NCBI GenBank assembly: GCA_030141605.1
Contig: JAQGDQ010000244.1
Coordinates: 1-64,000 of the forward strand
DNA from: Tubiluchus corallicola
Lineage: Eukaryota; Animalia; Priapulida
Direction of reading: 5' to 3'
Length of the DNA: 64,000 nucleotides
Under the pieces are notes generated by a model. It made no database searches, was not told the origin of the DNA, and was given only the letters and a program-made list of their open reading frames with translations. A program made the position numbers and the translations under genes. This document shows positions 1 through 13,800 of this stretch, in pieces. The first letter of the stretch is position 1; each line of letters opens with the position of its first letter.

Positions 1-558
1 GTATTGTTGAAAAAACAATACCTGACTATTGTTGAAATGATTATTATTGTTAAAAAAACAATACATGACTACTGTTGAAATGATTATTATTGTTGAAAAA
101 ACGATACCAACTATTATTGAAATGATTAGTATTGTTGAAAAAACAATACCTGATTATTGTTGAAATGATTATTATTGTTAAAAAAACAACACATGACTAC
201 TGTTGAAATGATTATTATTGTTGAAAAAACGATACCCAACTATTATTGAAATGATTAGTATTGTTGAAAAAACAATACCTGATTATTGTTGAAATGATTA
301 TTATTGTTAAAAAAACAACACATGACTACTGTTGAAATGATTATTATTGTTGAAAAAACGATACCCAACTATTATTGAAATGATTAGTATTGTTGAAAAA
401 ACAATACCTGATTATTGTTGAAATGATTATTATTGTTAAAAAAACAACACATGACTACTGTTGAAATGATTATTATTGTTGAAAAAACGATACCTAACTA
501 TTATTGAAATGATTAGTATTGTTGAAAAAACAATACCTGATTATTGTTGAAATGATTA
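1..558. repeat. Minisatellite, about 43-bp unit in a 129-bp three-unit higher-order repeat
   Basis: gtattgttgaaaaaacaatacctga recurs at 1, 129, 258, 387, 516. Confidence 0.95.
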
Positions 559-1555
559 CTGTGATAACATGGCGATGGTCACATTATAAATAAACTCGTA
601 TAAATAGTGCTTTTCCTCGCATTATTTTTTTCATTCTTTTCATTTTTCCATCATTCTTACCTTTTTCTTTTTTCTTTATTTACTTACCTCGCGCTCTCTG
701 TCTCCCTTTTTCTCAAGTTCACTTTCTCTTTATTTTGTGTTTCTTTAGTTTTTCTTTCTTTTCTTTATTTCTTTTTCCTCTTACTTTTTAGATAGCTTTT
801 TGCATTCAGTTAAGTAATCTATGTTTCAATATGGTAATTTGTAAATATTATAATAGATCAACAGAAAAGTGTTACCTCTCAAAAAACGACATTTACCCTG
901 CCTGTACATCTGCACGAAATTAATTTGATTTGACAGGCAAATTGTTAATATTTTACCCGAGAGAGTGCGCCAGGAGTATAAGACTTCATTCTATCATAGG
1001 TGTGTCGCGTCATTTTTGCCTATATCGAAATGATATGCATTCCAGCGCTGAATGCAATGATAAAGCACGAGGTATAGTTGGATATAGTTACCATCCTAAT
1101 TATTTTTCATTCTTGCTTTTTTGGCTTAGAGGAAAGACATCTTTTTAGCGTTTTTGCCTTCTTACCTGCAATTTTTTACAATTTGGGTGTTTTTCTGTCG
1201 ACTTTTACAGTTGGTTACGTAGACTGCTAGTTAGTCACTGCAGAAAACTGCGATTTTCTTTTTATTTCTAAGATAATATTGGTAATGTTTCTTGGAAAGC
1301 GAAATATGTGCAGAGGGCGCCAGTACTTTAACATTTTTAGGACAATTGCTCTGTTTGTCAACTGAAAACCGAATAAAATTTTAAATCACTAGATTTTCAT
1401 AACAAAGCTATCAACGGGTTCATAACAAATCTCGTAAAATATATGTCCTTCCTAGAGCTAACTCAGACACGGGTAATTTTAAAGTGTCACGTATTCAAGA
1501 CTTGTTATCATTAACTAACTTTTACTTTAGAAGTGAATTTAACTTTTCAAGATTA

Positions 1556-1769
1556 CCGTATATACTCATGTACAAGTCGACCTTATGTGATTTTAAGGCC
1601 AAAAATTGCATCATTTTATATATTACCCGTGTACAAGTCGACCATAAAATATTAATATCTTCCAGAATAAATGATGTCAACAATGGCCGAGTAATAAATC
1701 AATAGGCTACTGTGTGAGTGTGTAAGATACGTGCAAGTGCTTTGCCAAGTATATTATACCTACCCGATG

Positions 1770-1805
<36 letters not shown>

Positions 1806-1835
1806 CATCGGGTAGGTATAATATATATGTATATA

Positions 1836-1868
<33 letters not shown>

Positions 1869-2057
1869 TCATGTTGAGAGCCCTCAATGCAATCCATGAT
1901 AATGCAGCCTGGCCTTTCATCATGCATAATTGTTTGTAATGCCTTTAACCCCAGGATATCGCGACCAGAAAAAACATATCGTAAGTATAAGTCGACCCCA
2001 AAAATTTCACTTTAAAATCGCTTCCCAAAAATTCGACTTGTACATAAGTATATACGG
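1556..2057. mobile_element. Tc1/mariner-pogo-type MITE
   Basis: TIR ccgtatatact.atgtacaagtcga, TA TSD; internal palindrome at about 1750-1825 around a (TA)n tract. Confidence 0.8.
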
Positions 2058-2489
2058 TACTACACAATAAATTTACAATTCTAAATTATTTTAGTGCATT
2101 TGACAATCGTATGAAGCGCATTTCAAATACTTTCATGATTTAGAATTTCATTTCAGTTGTAATTATACGATGGCTTGTTAGGGACATAGTAAAAACAATA
2201 AACAAATTTTTCGGTATCTCAAAATTTCGAAATTTCGACTTTGCATCTCGAAATTCCGCCTTTGAAATCAAAACTTCGACTTCGTATCTCGTAGTTTTGA
2301 GACACAATAAATTTGGTTTTTGTTTGTAACAGGTCCGTAACAAGCTACAGTATACTCACACAAAATATTGGCATCTGTATATTAATTTCGGAGGTATGTT
2401 GGTATATATATATATATATATATAACTAAGACAAATTTCGTTTGACGTATAGATCGTGAGAATGATGCCGTCGTCAAACGAAAGGTGTC

Positions 2490-3000
2490 TTATTTATTTT
2501 TTTATTTATTTATTTTATTTACACCCAATAGTAAAATAAAGTTATAAAACACGTTGGACGAAAACATAAAAATACAATATTTACAAAAGAGTGTGGTAAA
2601 GACACAAAGAGATTAATTGCTTACATGTGTCTATTGTGTAAGGAATTTATGCAAGTTAACTATATATAAGCGGCTTTTAAATAACTTAATATTTTGCGCA
2701 GTTACGAGGGGTACACCATCAACACATACAGGCAATGAGTTCCAAATCGGTACAGCTCGCTTTGAGAAAAACTGACCAAATGACACGTTAGCTGCTCGAC
2801 GCACGAAAAGCTTCAGAGAATGATTTTGCCTTGTTCTATTGTAAGATACACGAGTAAAAAATTTCTCAGAATCAACATCAGCTTCTCTATGAATAATTTG
2901 GTAACATAAAACTAAATCTTTTTGAATGCGTTTCTCTTCTAAAGACTTTAGATGTAGAATCTCCAGACGCTTAGGATATGGGATGTACATTAAATTACAT
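2490..3000 (-). mobile_element. CR1-like LINE 3' fragment
   Basis: ORF 2631..3017: YPKRLEILHLKSLEEKRIQKDL..RTRQNHSLKL..FFSKRAVPIWNSLP..FKSRL; (AATA)n tail. Confidence 0.8.
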
Positions 3001-4605
3001 CTATAATTTACATCCACCTACAGGTTCGCACCTGGGGGTTTATTTTTATTTATTAATGATTTAGCAATGTTAGCACATCATTAAGATTGACCAAATAGAT
3101 ACTGTAGCATCTTAAATTGTGACCAATGCTTTCTGTAATGTGTAATGACTACTTCTTTTCACATTTACGTAAAGCAAAACCGAGCTGCTACTTTTAAGCC
3201 TATAATCTAAAATCCAAGGTCTTCATCAGCTCATACTAAGAGTTCTCTGTACGTTGAGCTGACGCAAAGATAATTTACGAACCGACGAAGCTTAAATTGA
3301 ATATGAACAGACGATGTTTTACACAATGACGCATTGTTTTACAACACGCTAAGAAGTTCCGTGTTCTTACCTGATAAACCGCAAAGAAAAAAATCACTTT
3401 AATCACCTGCTCGTTATGCAAAACGTTTTTAGCCAAAGAAGCATCAAGGTTCCACTCAGGTATTTTGCATGTTTACCAATGAGCTTGATTGAGCCATGCC
3501 GCCACTGAGATGTGCCCTGTTCCTCTGCTTGCAAACAACCAATCTGCAATTCTCAAACAGTTTTTTGGGCGCACAATTAAAGCATTAAAGCTGTCACCAA
3601 ACATCGCTGAACGATGCCAGGCAATCCTTTAATAAGACATAAGTAGGTTCTTTGCTTGGCAGAAAGCAGAGGGTTTGAATGGCTAACGAGTACTTTCATG
3701 ACGGAACTGTGTGTACATATGATTACTTCACGTTCAATTTTGAATGTGATTTGTGAGAATCGGTGGGTGGTAGAGTGCGTGTGGGGTAGGCTAACAACGA
3801 GGGGACTTTCTTCTGGTTTTCGTTTTGTTTGCAAGCAATGTTGGCAAAATGTACACGAAGCGCAAAAGCAAAAAACTGCAGCATGGTGAAATTTTGTTAA
3901 AAATCGATAATTGCTCCATTACTAAGTCTTCTGTAATCTTAGATTGCATAATAAATAATAAATAATCTTTGATCTCAGATAATAAAAACAAAGAAAAGGG
4001 TACATACAAAAGAGAAACAAAGAAGATAAAGTACTTTTAGTATTACTTTATCACTTTGTACTAAGTACATAAAATAATCATCTTTCTATCCTTGAACGAC
4101 TTGACATCCATTTTTAAATACTAAGCAGATATGAATGAGTCAACGGATGGGTTTTTATGCAAAGACAAGTATTTCGGGCACCCATTACAGGACCCACATC
4201 ACTGCAATTAACGTAAATTATAATTTAGAAATCTAGCATTTAAAATTTAGATAAAACTACACTTTAGAATCACAACGAATCAGCGAGAGTGGATATTTTA
4301 ATGACATCATTAACATTAAAACCAGACTTCATTGATGTATAACAACTGGAGAATGGAATTGATTGTAAATTTGCAAATTAAGCTTTAAATTGTATTACAG
4401 CCTGCTTTGAAAGAAGGAAAATAGAAGCTTAATCATAGAAAATCATATTCAATTGATAGCAATGGCGTATTATTGTAACTATGTTATTTTTGTTAGTATT
4501 GTAAACTGTTTAACCTCTACTGCTTCTGTTACTGTTTTAATTTGATGATTATACCCAAGTGTTGGAATATTTTTATGATTCTTTATGTACGCTGTATTGT
4601 ACATG

Positions 4606-5103
4606 GCTACAGCCATATCACGTTGAAAACACCGGTCTGATCACCGAAGTTAAGCAACGCAGAGCTTGGTTAGTAGGCTTGCGGGATGCCCACACTGTAT
4701 CTCGACACTAGGCGGAGTAGCTGCACAAGCAGCCAACGGCTAGAGGGCGGACGAGGACAAGTGACCCAACGGCCATGTGTAGAGGAGTAAACCTTCCAAA
4801 CGAGGAGTGGAGCCCCGAAGGCGGACCAGTGCAGCATGCTCACTGACCCCGGCAGCTCCTGCAGCCAACCTGGTGCCAAACGTATCGCTCCGCTTTCCTT
4901 TGGACTACATCAGGGAGGAAGAGAGGGGGTTCCTGTTCATACACCTTGCCCAGGCGTGCGCCCTGGAGAGGCCACTCCAGTGGTTCAAGGATCGGACTGC
5001 TTAGCCACAGTCGACGCTGCAGCTCCATTAATGTGATCAATAACTGACTCTCTTGGCGCACACTCTATTGTCTTCCGAGACAGAAGGATGCCAACATCAA
5101 CAG
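4606..5103 (+). mobile_element. 5S-rRNA-derived SINE (SINE3-type), copy 1, with deletions in the 5S head
   Basis: 5S-like head (gctacagccatatcacg..tgatcaccgaagttaagcaacg..ggttagta), shared GC-rich body, (CAA)-like tail, TSD ttgtacatg(g) at 4597 and 5104. Confidence 0.88.
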
Positions 5104-7591
5104 TTGTACATGGTAATATGTTGTTTGTCAATAAACTCATACGTAACAGTGATATGCTCAGACTTTTTATGTTATGTTTGTGTGACATGCGTTTCATTAT
5201 GTAAATTGTATTGCATGTTGTATTACGTTGTTCGTTAGTAAACTTATAAATAAGAAAACGGAAGCAATAATAAAAATTACAAGAATAACAAAAACACAGT
5301 TACCAATTACTACTAAGCTGAGAATATAAAGTACTGGAAACCAGAAGACAAAGAGTTAAAAAGTAGAAAATACCAATAAAACACAATACTCAAAAACATC
5401 AGGCATTGTATCAAAGAAAAATACTATACCATCCAATAATTTGTAAAATATTTCTATTATAATCTTATATTGATTTCTTTACTTTTTCTATTTTCAAATA
5501 CCATGGGTCTCATATTTGAATAACAAATTAGTCGCAGAAACATTCTTTCTATTTTTGGATTTTAAATTAAAATTTACTAGGAGAAACTGTTCCAACTAGG
5601 GCTCTTCCCTTTCTCTGGTCTTATACAAAATTATGAAATGCAATTTTATATTCATTTGAGTAAAATATACTTTTTTCTGCTAAAATCCGATATTATATAT
5701 GCATTTTTTATTGTGTTGTGTGTATTTGTGTATGAATGAAAAAACTAAATAAATAAACTGGAGAAAGAATGAATATACAGACTGAAAACAAAGAAAAATG
5801 CGCGCGCAGCTGCTTAGCGGTTATTTATTTATATATCATTTTTATTTGTACTCGTGGTACAATCACGTCAAATAAACAATCAGATCAACAAGCAAAGTAA
5901 CATTAATTAACAGGACTAGCAAGCAATGTGAATATATACAATTAAGTGAGAGTAAGACATGTTAGTATGGGGTACAACTCATTCCAGTCAAAAATCAAAA
6001 CAATTACGTTCTAGAACCCATATGACTTCTTTAATGAAATTTACAGCCCGTATATGTTTATCGCTAACGTTATCTATTACATCTAATGTACAAGAAAAAA
6101 GTTTAGAAAGAACATTTTTGTTGGTGTAAAAAGTTTTGTACTCGTTACAAATAGATGACAAATTATAACCCATTATAGCAGAGACATGAAATCGAGAATT
6201 ATGTGCAAAGAAATTGGCTATATGATTTTCACTATATAAGCAACTACGGTAAAATTTAACAAATCGTTTATGTAGTTGTTTATATTCAAACAGCTGGAGA
6301 TTATTATCTCCAAAGTTTCAGAACATTCACATTTTTAATAAATTCATTTGGAACTCAGCATACGACCGTTTCACTGAGGTCTTTTTGGCAGCTACGGTCA
6401 GGTAAATGCTGAAATTTGTTATAGATCTATTGTAATACCGGGTATTATTGTAAAAACACTTTATATATGTTCTATTCAATCGAGTTTATTCATTGTGTGC
6501 AAAAACCATCTAATTATTCTATTTTGAAAACGCATTTATAATTCATTAAGTTTCAAAAATTCTTCGGATCAAAAAATTGCGTGCCAGTCACACCTTGGTG
6601 CACGTACGTACACAAACAAACAACGGTTGTCTTTGACATAAGAAACAGTGTTGCCATTGAGAAGAGACCTAAGAATGATGATATCTCCCGCTGGTAACTT
6701 CTATAGTTTAGAAGTTTAGTAATCTTTCACGCTTTTCAGGGAGTCTAACTCGAACCGACAAAGCGAAGTTGGAAGAACTGAAATTGTTTGCAAACTGCTT
6801 AGCAATCACACTACAGGTAGTGAGTAAACAAACAATTTGGTTAGATGTGGGTCCAGGCGGTTTAATTTATACTGAGAGCATTCTGTTATGAATACAAGAA
6901 GCTTTGTTTGCTGTTTATAATCGTAGCGTTTTTAAACAAGCTTTACATGGTGGTAAAATAGCTTAATTTCAGCTAGAAATGAAATTGCCTGGTTCTTAAT
7001 TACTATTATCAAGTCGTTAATTTGATTCATTAATTCTAAGCCATTAGTTCATTAAAAAAATACATGATGATTGTTTGACACAAAAAACTTCCTTACAGTT
7101 AAAAAATGTAACTGTTCATACATGTTAATTATTCTTATCAGATTTGTTAAATTGATTAAAATATATTTTCCTTTTTTCATTAATTTCGTTCATTGATTCT
7201 AAAATATTTTTAAGAAAACGAAATTCGAGTGCGATAAAAATTGCCTCGTCACGTACAGCTGTAAATTTAACTGTTTACTTGCTGCCAAAGTTATTTAATT
7301 TGGTTTTTGTTACTTTTTTTCACGTTTTTGTGTTGTTACTAAATTTTGAGTTTTTCTAATGTCATTATTCTTTTTGCTCACACTAAAGGACGCAACTATG
7401 ATTAACCTATTTGAAAGTCATTGTTTACATCACTTTGACACATGTATCCCTAGCAAAGAATATTTTCGTAACACACATACGCTGTAAAGAAGTAAATAAC
7501 ATTTTCCTAATTAATCAAAATTAATTAATTGGTAAATTAGCAGCAGTTGAACTCATTACGTGCTAGAGGTTAATTGACTATAAACCCAAAT

Positions 7592-8059
7592 TAACATGTT
7601 TATTGAGCGACGATCGTTTCGGCTATTGAAGCCATTATCAAACTTTAACTGAAGCCAAAAAGAATAAATAATACAGTAAGGAAACAAAGGCACAAATTGA
7701 AACTAAGTTAAATTCTTATCTAATGTTTTGTAGTTTCAGTTTGTAACTAAGTTAAATTCTCATTTGGTGTTTTATAGTTTCAGTTTATAACTAAGTTAAA
7801 TTCTGATCTGTTGCTTTGTAGTTTCAGTTTGTAACTAAGTTAAATTCTAGTCTGTCGTTTTGTAGTTTCAGTTTATAACTAAGTTAAATTCTAATCTGCT
7901 GTTTTGTAGTTTCAGTTTGTAACTTAGTTAAATTCTAATCTTTTGTTTTGTAGTTTCAGTTTGTACCTTTGTATCATTAGTGTATTATTTATTCTTCTTT
8001 TTAGCTTTATTTATAGTTTGATAATAGCCGAAATGATCAACACTCAATAAACACGTTGA
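7592..8059. mobile_element. Inverted-repeat element (arms about 7592-7705 and 7951-8059) enclosing a 44-bp tandem array, with a decayed hammerhead motif at 7605-7644 (-)
   Basis: Arms are diverged reverse complements; about 6 copies of aactaagttaaattct.atct..tg.tttgtagtttcagttt.t; motif tTGATaA-t-GGCT(tcaat)AGCC-GAAAC-GATC-GTC. Confidence 0.65.
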
Positions 8060-9001
8060 TTCCTAGAAGCTGACTCTTTTGTGTATTTAAACATTAATTA
8101 TTCAAAGCGGTGAAAATCTAAACATTCGGAAGTAAAAGAAATATTTATTTCAAAGCAATGAAGCATTAGTATATTTATTTCTCAGGAATTTGCCATGAAT
8201 CCTCTCGATTAAGATTATACAATTCTGTAATGTTGATACCTTGCCGCCATAAGGCGTTGAAATTCTGAAATTCTAATTGTATGAGATGAATTATAGTCAT
8301 GCTGCTCGAAAGAAACGATGTTTATGTTTATTATTCAAACACCATTTATGTTTTTAACAGCATATTAATTTCATACTGTGCTATGTATTAATTTATCAAT
8401 TTTATGTACGAAAAATCACTTAAGTTTTTGTTATTTTCTAGTACGTAGTTTATGACAAGGTTTGGATACTGCAGGAGTTCTGTGAGAGAGATTACAAATA
8501 CCAGTCTATAATAATCGCCCCCGTAAAACTTACAAACTTTGCAGCCCAGGCAGAAAGAGCCGTTTATCGACCGCCAAACCTTATAATATGCTTATAATAA
8601 TGCCTCTTTCTCCTAAAGATGGCGGGTGGTCTCTAAACACTGAGCTTAGAACGCTAATCGTTAGGCGTAAAACGTTAAATATTTTACAACACTACTGTGC
8701 CGTTTCGGCCCAGTAACACACGGTAGATTTAGCAGGCAAAATAAGCCAGCACTGCTTGCCTACACCCCTGTACTTGAATTCTGGTGAAAATAGACCTAAT
8801 TATCCCCTGTACTTCTATTGATGTATGTTCTGGGAGGGTGGTCCATGCACACCTCCAAGATGAAATCCTAAACCTGCATCAAATCCGCATTCAAGACATT
8901 CTAGCGGAAAAGACGCTTTTTGCGATTATATTCCATCAAACAAAGCAAAGCTGTGCAAACCAAAACTGTAATAACCGTAATAAGAACAAGTAAGTGGGCC
9001 T

Positions 9002-9278
<277 letters not shown>

Positions 9279-9344
9279 CAAAACAGTTATGAACATTGGA
9301 AAAACCTAGTAGATTATATTTCTAGTTAAAACAACACAACTTTA

Positions 9345-10108
9345 TCAAACTTTTTCAACTTACATAGTTAAAAAAATCACGTCAAACGTTTCGACAGAGC
9401 TACTGCTGTCATCATCAGTGGTAAATTTTTACAAAACATACAACCAGTTTATATAGGCAGAGCCTACAGTATAGAACTGTACCCCATATTCAGCTATGTA
9501 ATGCATTAAAATCTTGCAATAATTTAAGCTCTTTCTTCCCATTTAAAGACAAAAGACCCGCATTCTTGCCGTCTGGTATTATTTATAGATTTCAGTGCAG
9601 CAGCTGCGATGCTGTTTACCATGGCAAAACGTTCAGACACTTTAAAGTAAGAATTTGTGAACATTTGGTTATTTCATCTAGAACTGGGAAAAAATTAAAA
9701 AAATCTCTTTAATCCAGCATTAATGACCATATTTGTGCTTCTAGCGAAAAAGATGATTTTAATAATTTCAGCATTGCGACCAGAGCTACAAATAACTGGG
9801 ACTTATTAATAAAAGAAAGTTTATCTATGTACCCTAATAAGCCTTCTCTTAATGTACAAAGCAGTTCAATTCATTTAACTTCATTTTCTAACAATTAGCT
9901 ATTTGTTACTGTATCAATTTCTTCTCTACAGGTCTGTTTATTCATTACCTATTTGGCTTCTGTTAAAAACAGAATTAGTGCATTCTATACTGTAGGCTCT
10001 GCCTATATAAGCTGCTTGTATGTTTGTAAACATTTACCACTGATGATGACAACAGTAGCTCTGTCAAAGCTAATGACACGATTTTTTAACTATGTAAACT
10101 AGAAGTTT
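9345..10108 (+). mobile_element. Penelope-like element remnant: GIY-YIG endonuclease fragment (about 9510-9890) flanked by inverted pseudo-LTR arms
   Basis: FPFKDKRP..SGIIYRFQCSSCDAVYHGKTFRHFKVRICEH...LLIKESL...KPSLN; arms 9345-9476 and 9983-10108 are diverged reverse complements. Confidence 0.85.
9378..9422 (-). ncRNA. Type I hammerhead-ribozyme-like motif in the Penelope pseudo-LTR
   Basis: Minus strand cac-CTGATGA-t-GACAG(cagtagct)CTGTC-GAAAC-gtttgac-gtg (the C of CTGATGA is shared with cac); intact core and stem II, cleavage triplet non-canonical. Confidence 0.6.
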
Positions 10109-10190
10109 TAATAAAGTTGCAATGTTTTAATAACTATACATGTTTTTAAGCGCCTGTAATAAAAAATAGATAACATTTCTCTTATCAAAC

Positions 10191-10307
10191 CTGTTTGGTT
10201 TGAAGAGCAACCTGATAGACAACAAGAGCACCGAAGAAGTGCACAATGGCGTAAATCTTCAACCACACTGGTGACTCTGGGTCGTACTTCTTGACAGGTG
10301 CATGAAC
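10191..10307 (-). CDS. AGMO: AGMO coding exon 9 ([39 protein letters not shown])
   Basis: ttttacAG/GTttga borders, phase 0/0; LKIY.V.F resembles the AGMO membrane segment. Confidence 0.85.
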
Positions 10308-10811
10308 CTGTAAAACAATTCAGTAAGATTTTTATGCCGCGAAGATGCACAAAAAACGACAGCTTAAACTTTTGTTCCGAATACTCAAGACATGACTATA
10401 ATAAATGAAAGCAAAATTAACAAAGTTTAGTGTGATTACTTGTAGTAAGCCTTTAGGGTACTGTGATAGAAGCAATGATGCCGCAGCTGTACTTATCACG
10501 CTTAAATTTCGACAGAGACAGGGTTTCCAGAAATTATTGCTTAAAATTTTCACGAATAGCGAATAAAAATGGCAGAAAAAGCGCTATGAGCTTTATTAAT
10601 ATGCATAGCATTTACGAACACATGGAAACAGTTGATACGCATCATGCATTACGGAACACAGATCACGCACTATGCATTATGTGCACATCGACTCGTAACA
10701 TAACTGCCGTAAATTCTTGAGTAGATGTAAGTTACATTAAGGGAATTAAATTACAATACAAAGAGACACTCACATATTTTTGTGTTAAATTACATACCAG
10801 TGGTAAACTTA

Positions 10812-10842
<31 letters not shown>

Positions 10843-13800
10843 AGCCTCTAACAACCTATATATACATATGTACCTATATACAGTGTTCCCTCGCTAATTC
10901 ACGGTTCGTTTATCGTGGACTCCCTGTTTTGCGGGTTTTCAAAAACATTAATGTAAAATACTGATCGCGGTATTTTTGCTGTTTCGTGGGTTTTTTGCGG
11001 TACTCCGTCTAAAGTACTTTTGCACATGCGTAGTACGTATTGTACAGTCATGTATAGATTTATGTATAAATTACATATCTAGGTTTAAGAGTTTAAAACA
11101 TTTTCATAACATTTAAGTAAAGTTTTTTTAAAAGGTACATGTACAGTATGGGTTATGTATAAGAGTGTGGGGAGGGTTTATAAACACTTAAAATAATGTA
11201 TAACTACTAAAATAAGTATAGCGTCCCTACTTCGTGGAAATTCACTTATCGTGGGTGGGCCTGGAACGGAACAACCGCGATAAGTGAGGGAACACTGTAC
11301 TACATTAAATATACTTAAGCATTTGCTTCCTAGCAGTTAAACTTAAGTTAACAAATATTACAGTATACGTATCTGCTTACGTCTGGTATATCCTCAATCA
11401 GACCTGTTCTTGGCTTTCCAGGAGACCAACCCGGACCATTGACAATACTTTTCAATTTATTGGCAAAACCGGGCACCTCCCAGAACGTTCCCCACATGTG
11501 CATAAAATGGCAAAACTGAAAAATAACATGCAAAAACGTGAGGCAATATAGTAGAAATATTCTTGGGAGGAGAGTAGAATTGTTACAATACTTACAATTA
11601 TAAAATCATTCAATTTGAAAGACTGACCTGCACAAAAACATCAAATTAATAATCCTATAAATTTATATAATCCAATTTAATATAATATAACTTTGACCAC
11701 TTCTTGGGAAAATCATGTTCAACAACAAGCAGTTTCACTGCAAGTGTCAATATGGAAGCAAAACTAGAATGTCGGCAGACACAATAGTCATAGCTTGATC
11801 ACACAAAAAGATACATATGCCTAATTACAAGATTACTAGTGGTAGTAGCACTTCTTTATTGTATGTATCATCTTATACATGTGTAATTATACAACCAGAT
11901 AATTAGTGTGGCCCACTAGCTATAACTATAACTCACAACCAATAACGAGATAAAAACATAGTATAACTACTGTTAACTTTAACAATAACAAATAGTGTTC
12001 TTGTGCTAGGACAAGCAAATGTACTTTAAATAAAAAGAGCAAATTTTAAACCTATTGGATCACTAATGAATACCAACTGCAAATTTGACCAAACTCTTGA
12101 AATCTAATTCACAACAGTAGAGACTGAACAGTAAAATTTCAACACTATATGGGTTTTAATACTTCATTACATGATTGTTGTTTATGTCTAGTGATTACTA
12201 GTTTGTCTAACTACTAAATATCTGAACTCAAAACACCACTTTTTCATACAAATCATCTAAATCTTCTATTAGGTCCAAATTTTAATGCAAAAAAAACCCC
12301 TGCAATCCTCTCTTCTTTCTTGTTTATGTCCATGCAGCAATTTAAAACACCACTGATGCTATATAACACACAAGCAAATGACCTTTATTTGAAGAAATTT
12401 TCATGATGATGCCCATAGATGAACTATGACCTCTGTGGCCCACTTTAACTCATTTTACAAAACTAGTACCATCATTTGCAACATTGATCTATTTCAACTA
12501 AGAATTCACGACTTTTTTGTGCAAAGATATTTACTACAAATTTGACAATAACAGAGAACTAATGTCATAACCTAAATGTCACATGACAAGATAGAAAAGA
12601 GAATTGCGAAATACGAAAGTATACTATAACACTGGGATTGGTGAAAAAATCTCGACCTGAATGAGATTTGAACTCAGAACACTCGTACTGCATTGCCACT
12701 GTTGTTGATTTTGAATTAATAATCTCGTGAAAGCTTTTCTTGATTCAAATTAAACTCTTTCACCATTCTCAGTCATACACAGAATTCATTGCTAACCTGT
12801 ACATAGTTTGGATCAAAAGAGTTAATCGGATGCGTAACGCCATACACTACCTCTTCCTCTTCTGGCACATATGTTCCTATTGACAAATAGCACGTGTATT
12901 AAAATCAATGAAAACGGTAATTCTAGTCAAAAAGATTATGTTGTAACTCTGACAGCATTTTGTTCACTTTTAGCTGCTCTCTTTCACTTAAAAGAGCTGA
13001 CCTCCCCAGCATCCATACACTCCTCCTTAAAACCCCAGTTTCGGTGGGCAGGACGTGTGATTCACATGCCAGACAACCGCATACCAAAGAAGATGCTCTA
13101 TGGAGAACTTGTGTCTGGAAAGAGAAAGGTTGGACGACCAAAGAAATGCTTCAAAGACAGCCTGACGGCCTCACTCGAGCTCAGCATGGATATCCGCTCA
13201 ATGGAAACCCTTGCACAAGATCGCTCAGCATGGCGGAGTGCCATCACCACAGGGGCTAAGACAACAGAGGTGAAAAGAATTGAGGAGGCAGAGAAGCACA
13301 GGAGACGCAGGGCATTTGACACTGTCCAACAACAGGTCAAAACACCCAGCCTCACCTGTGCCAAATGCCAAATGCTAAAAAAGTTTCCAGGCCAGAATTG
13401 GCCTAGTCAGTCAACTTCGAGGTCATCAAAGGAGTGACAACCCCCAAACTGACCCTTTATCCCTGTCACTATGGTCATCTTCGATTCGAAGGACGAACAT
13501 CAGCAACGAACAATATTTTGTCACATGCATTATTGAATACTTCCTCCTCAGAAAATGTGGATGTTAAGAATTCACATCGAACTGGAGGCCAATTTAATTG
13601 TGCATCAGTTGTAATAGTAACAGCCGGGACAAACTAGCAGTGGCGGCTCGTAGTTAAAATTAGTGCGGCTACTGCTTCAGAAAATTCTTTTAGCCATTGT
13701 TTTAATACTGTGTAAAATGAAACAAGCATATTTTACTTACAAATAGCCGAAATTGCTGCAGTTCAGGAATACAGCGGTTTTTAAGCACACGACAACTGAC

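Noticed and set aside
5315-5425. Minus-strand CLMFLSIVFYW as the missing AGMO terminal exon
   Set aside because: Only a 5-residue match in T-rich low-complexity sequence, poor acceptor, and no intervening exon found.
12640-12700. tRNA gene (B-box-like GAGTTCAAATC on the minus strand)
   Set aside because: No cloverleaf can be built; at most a decayed tRNA-SINE relic.
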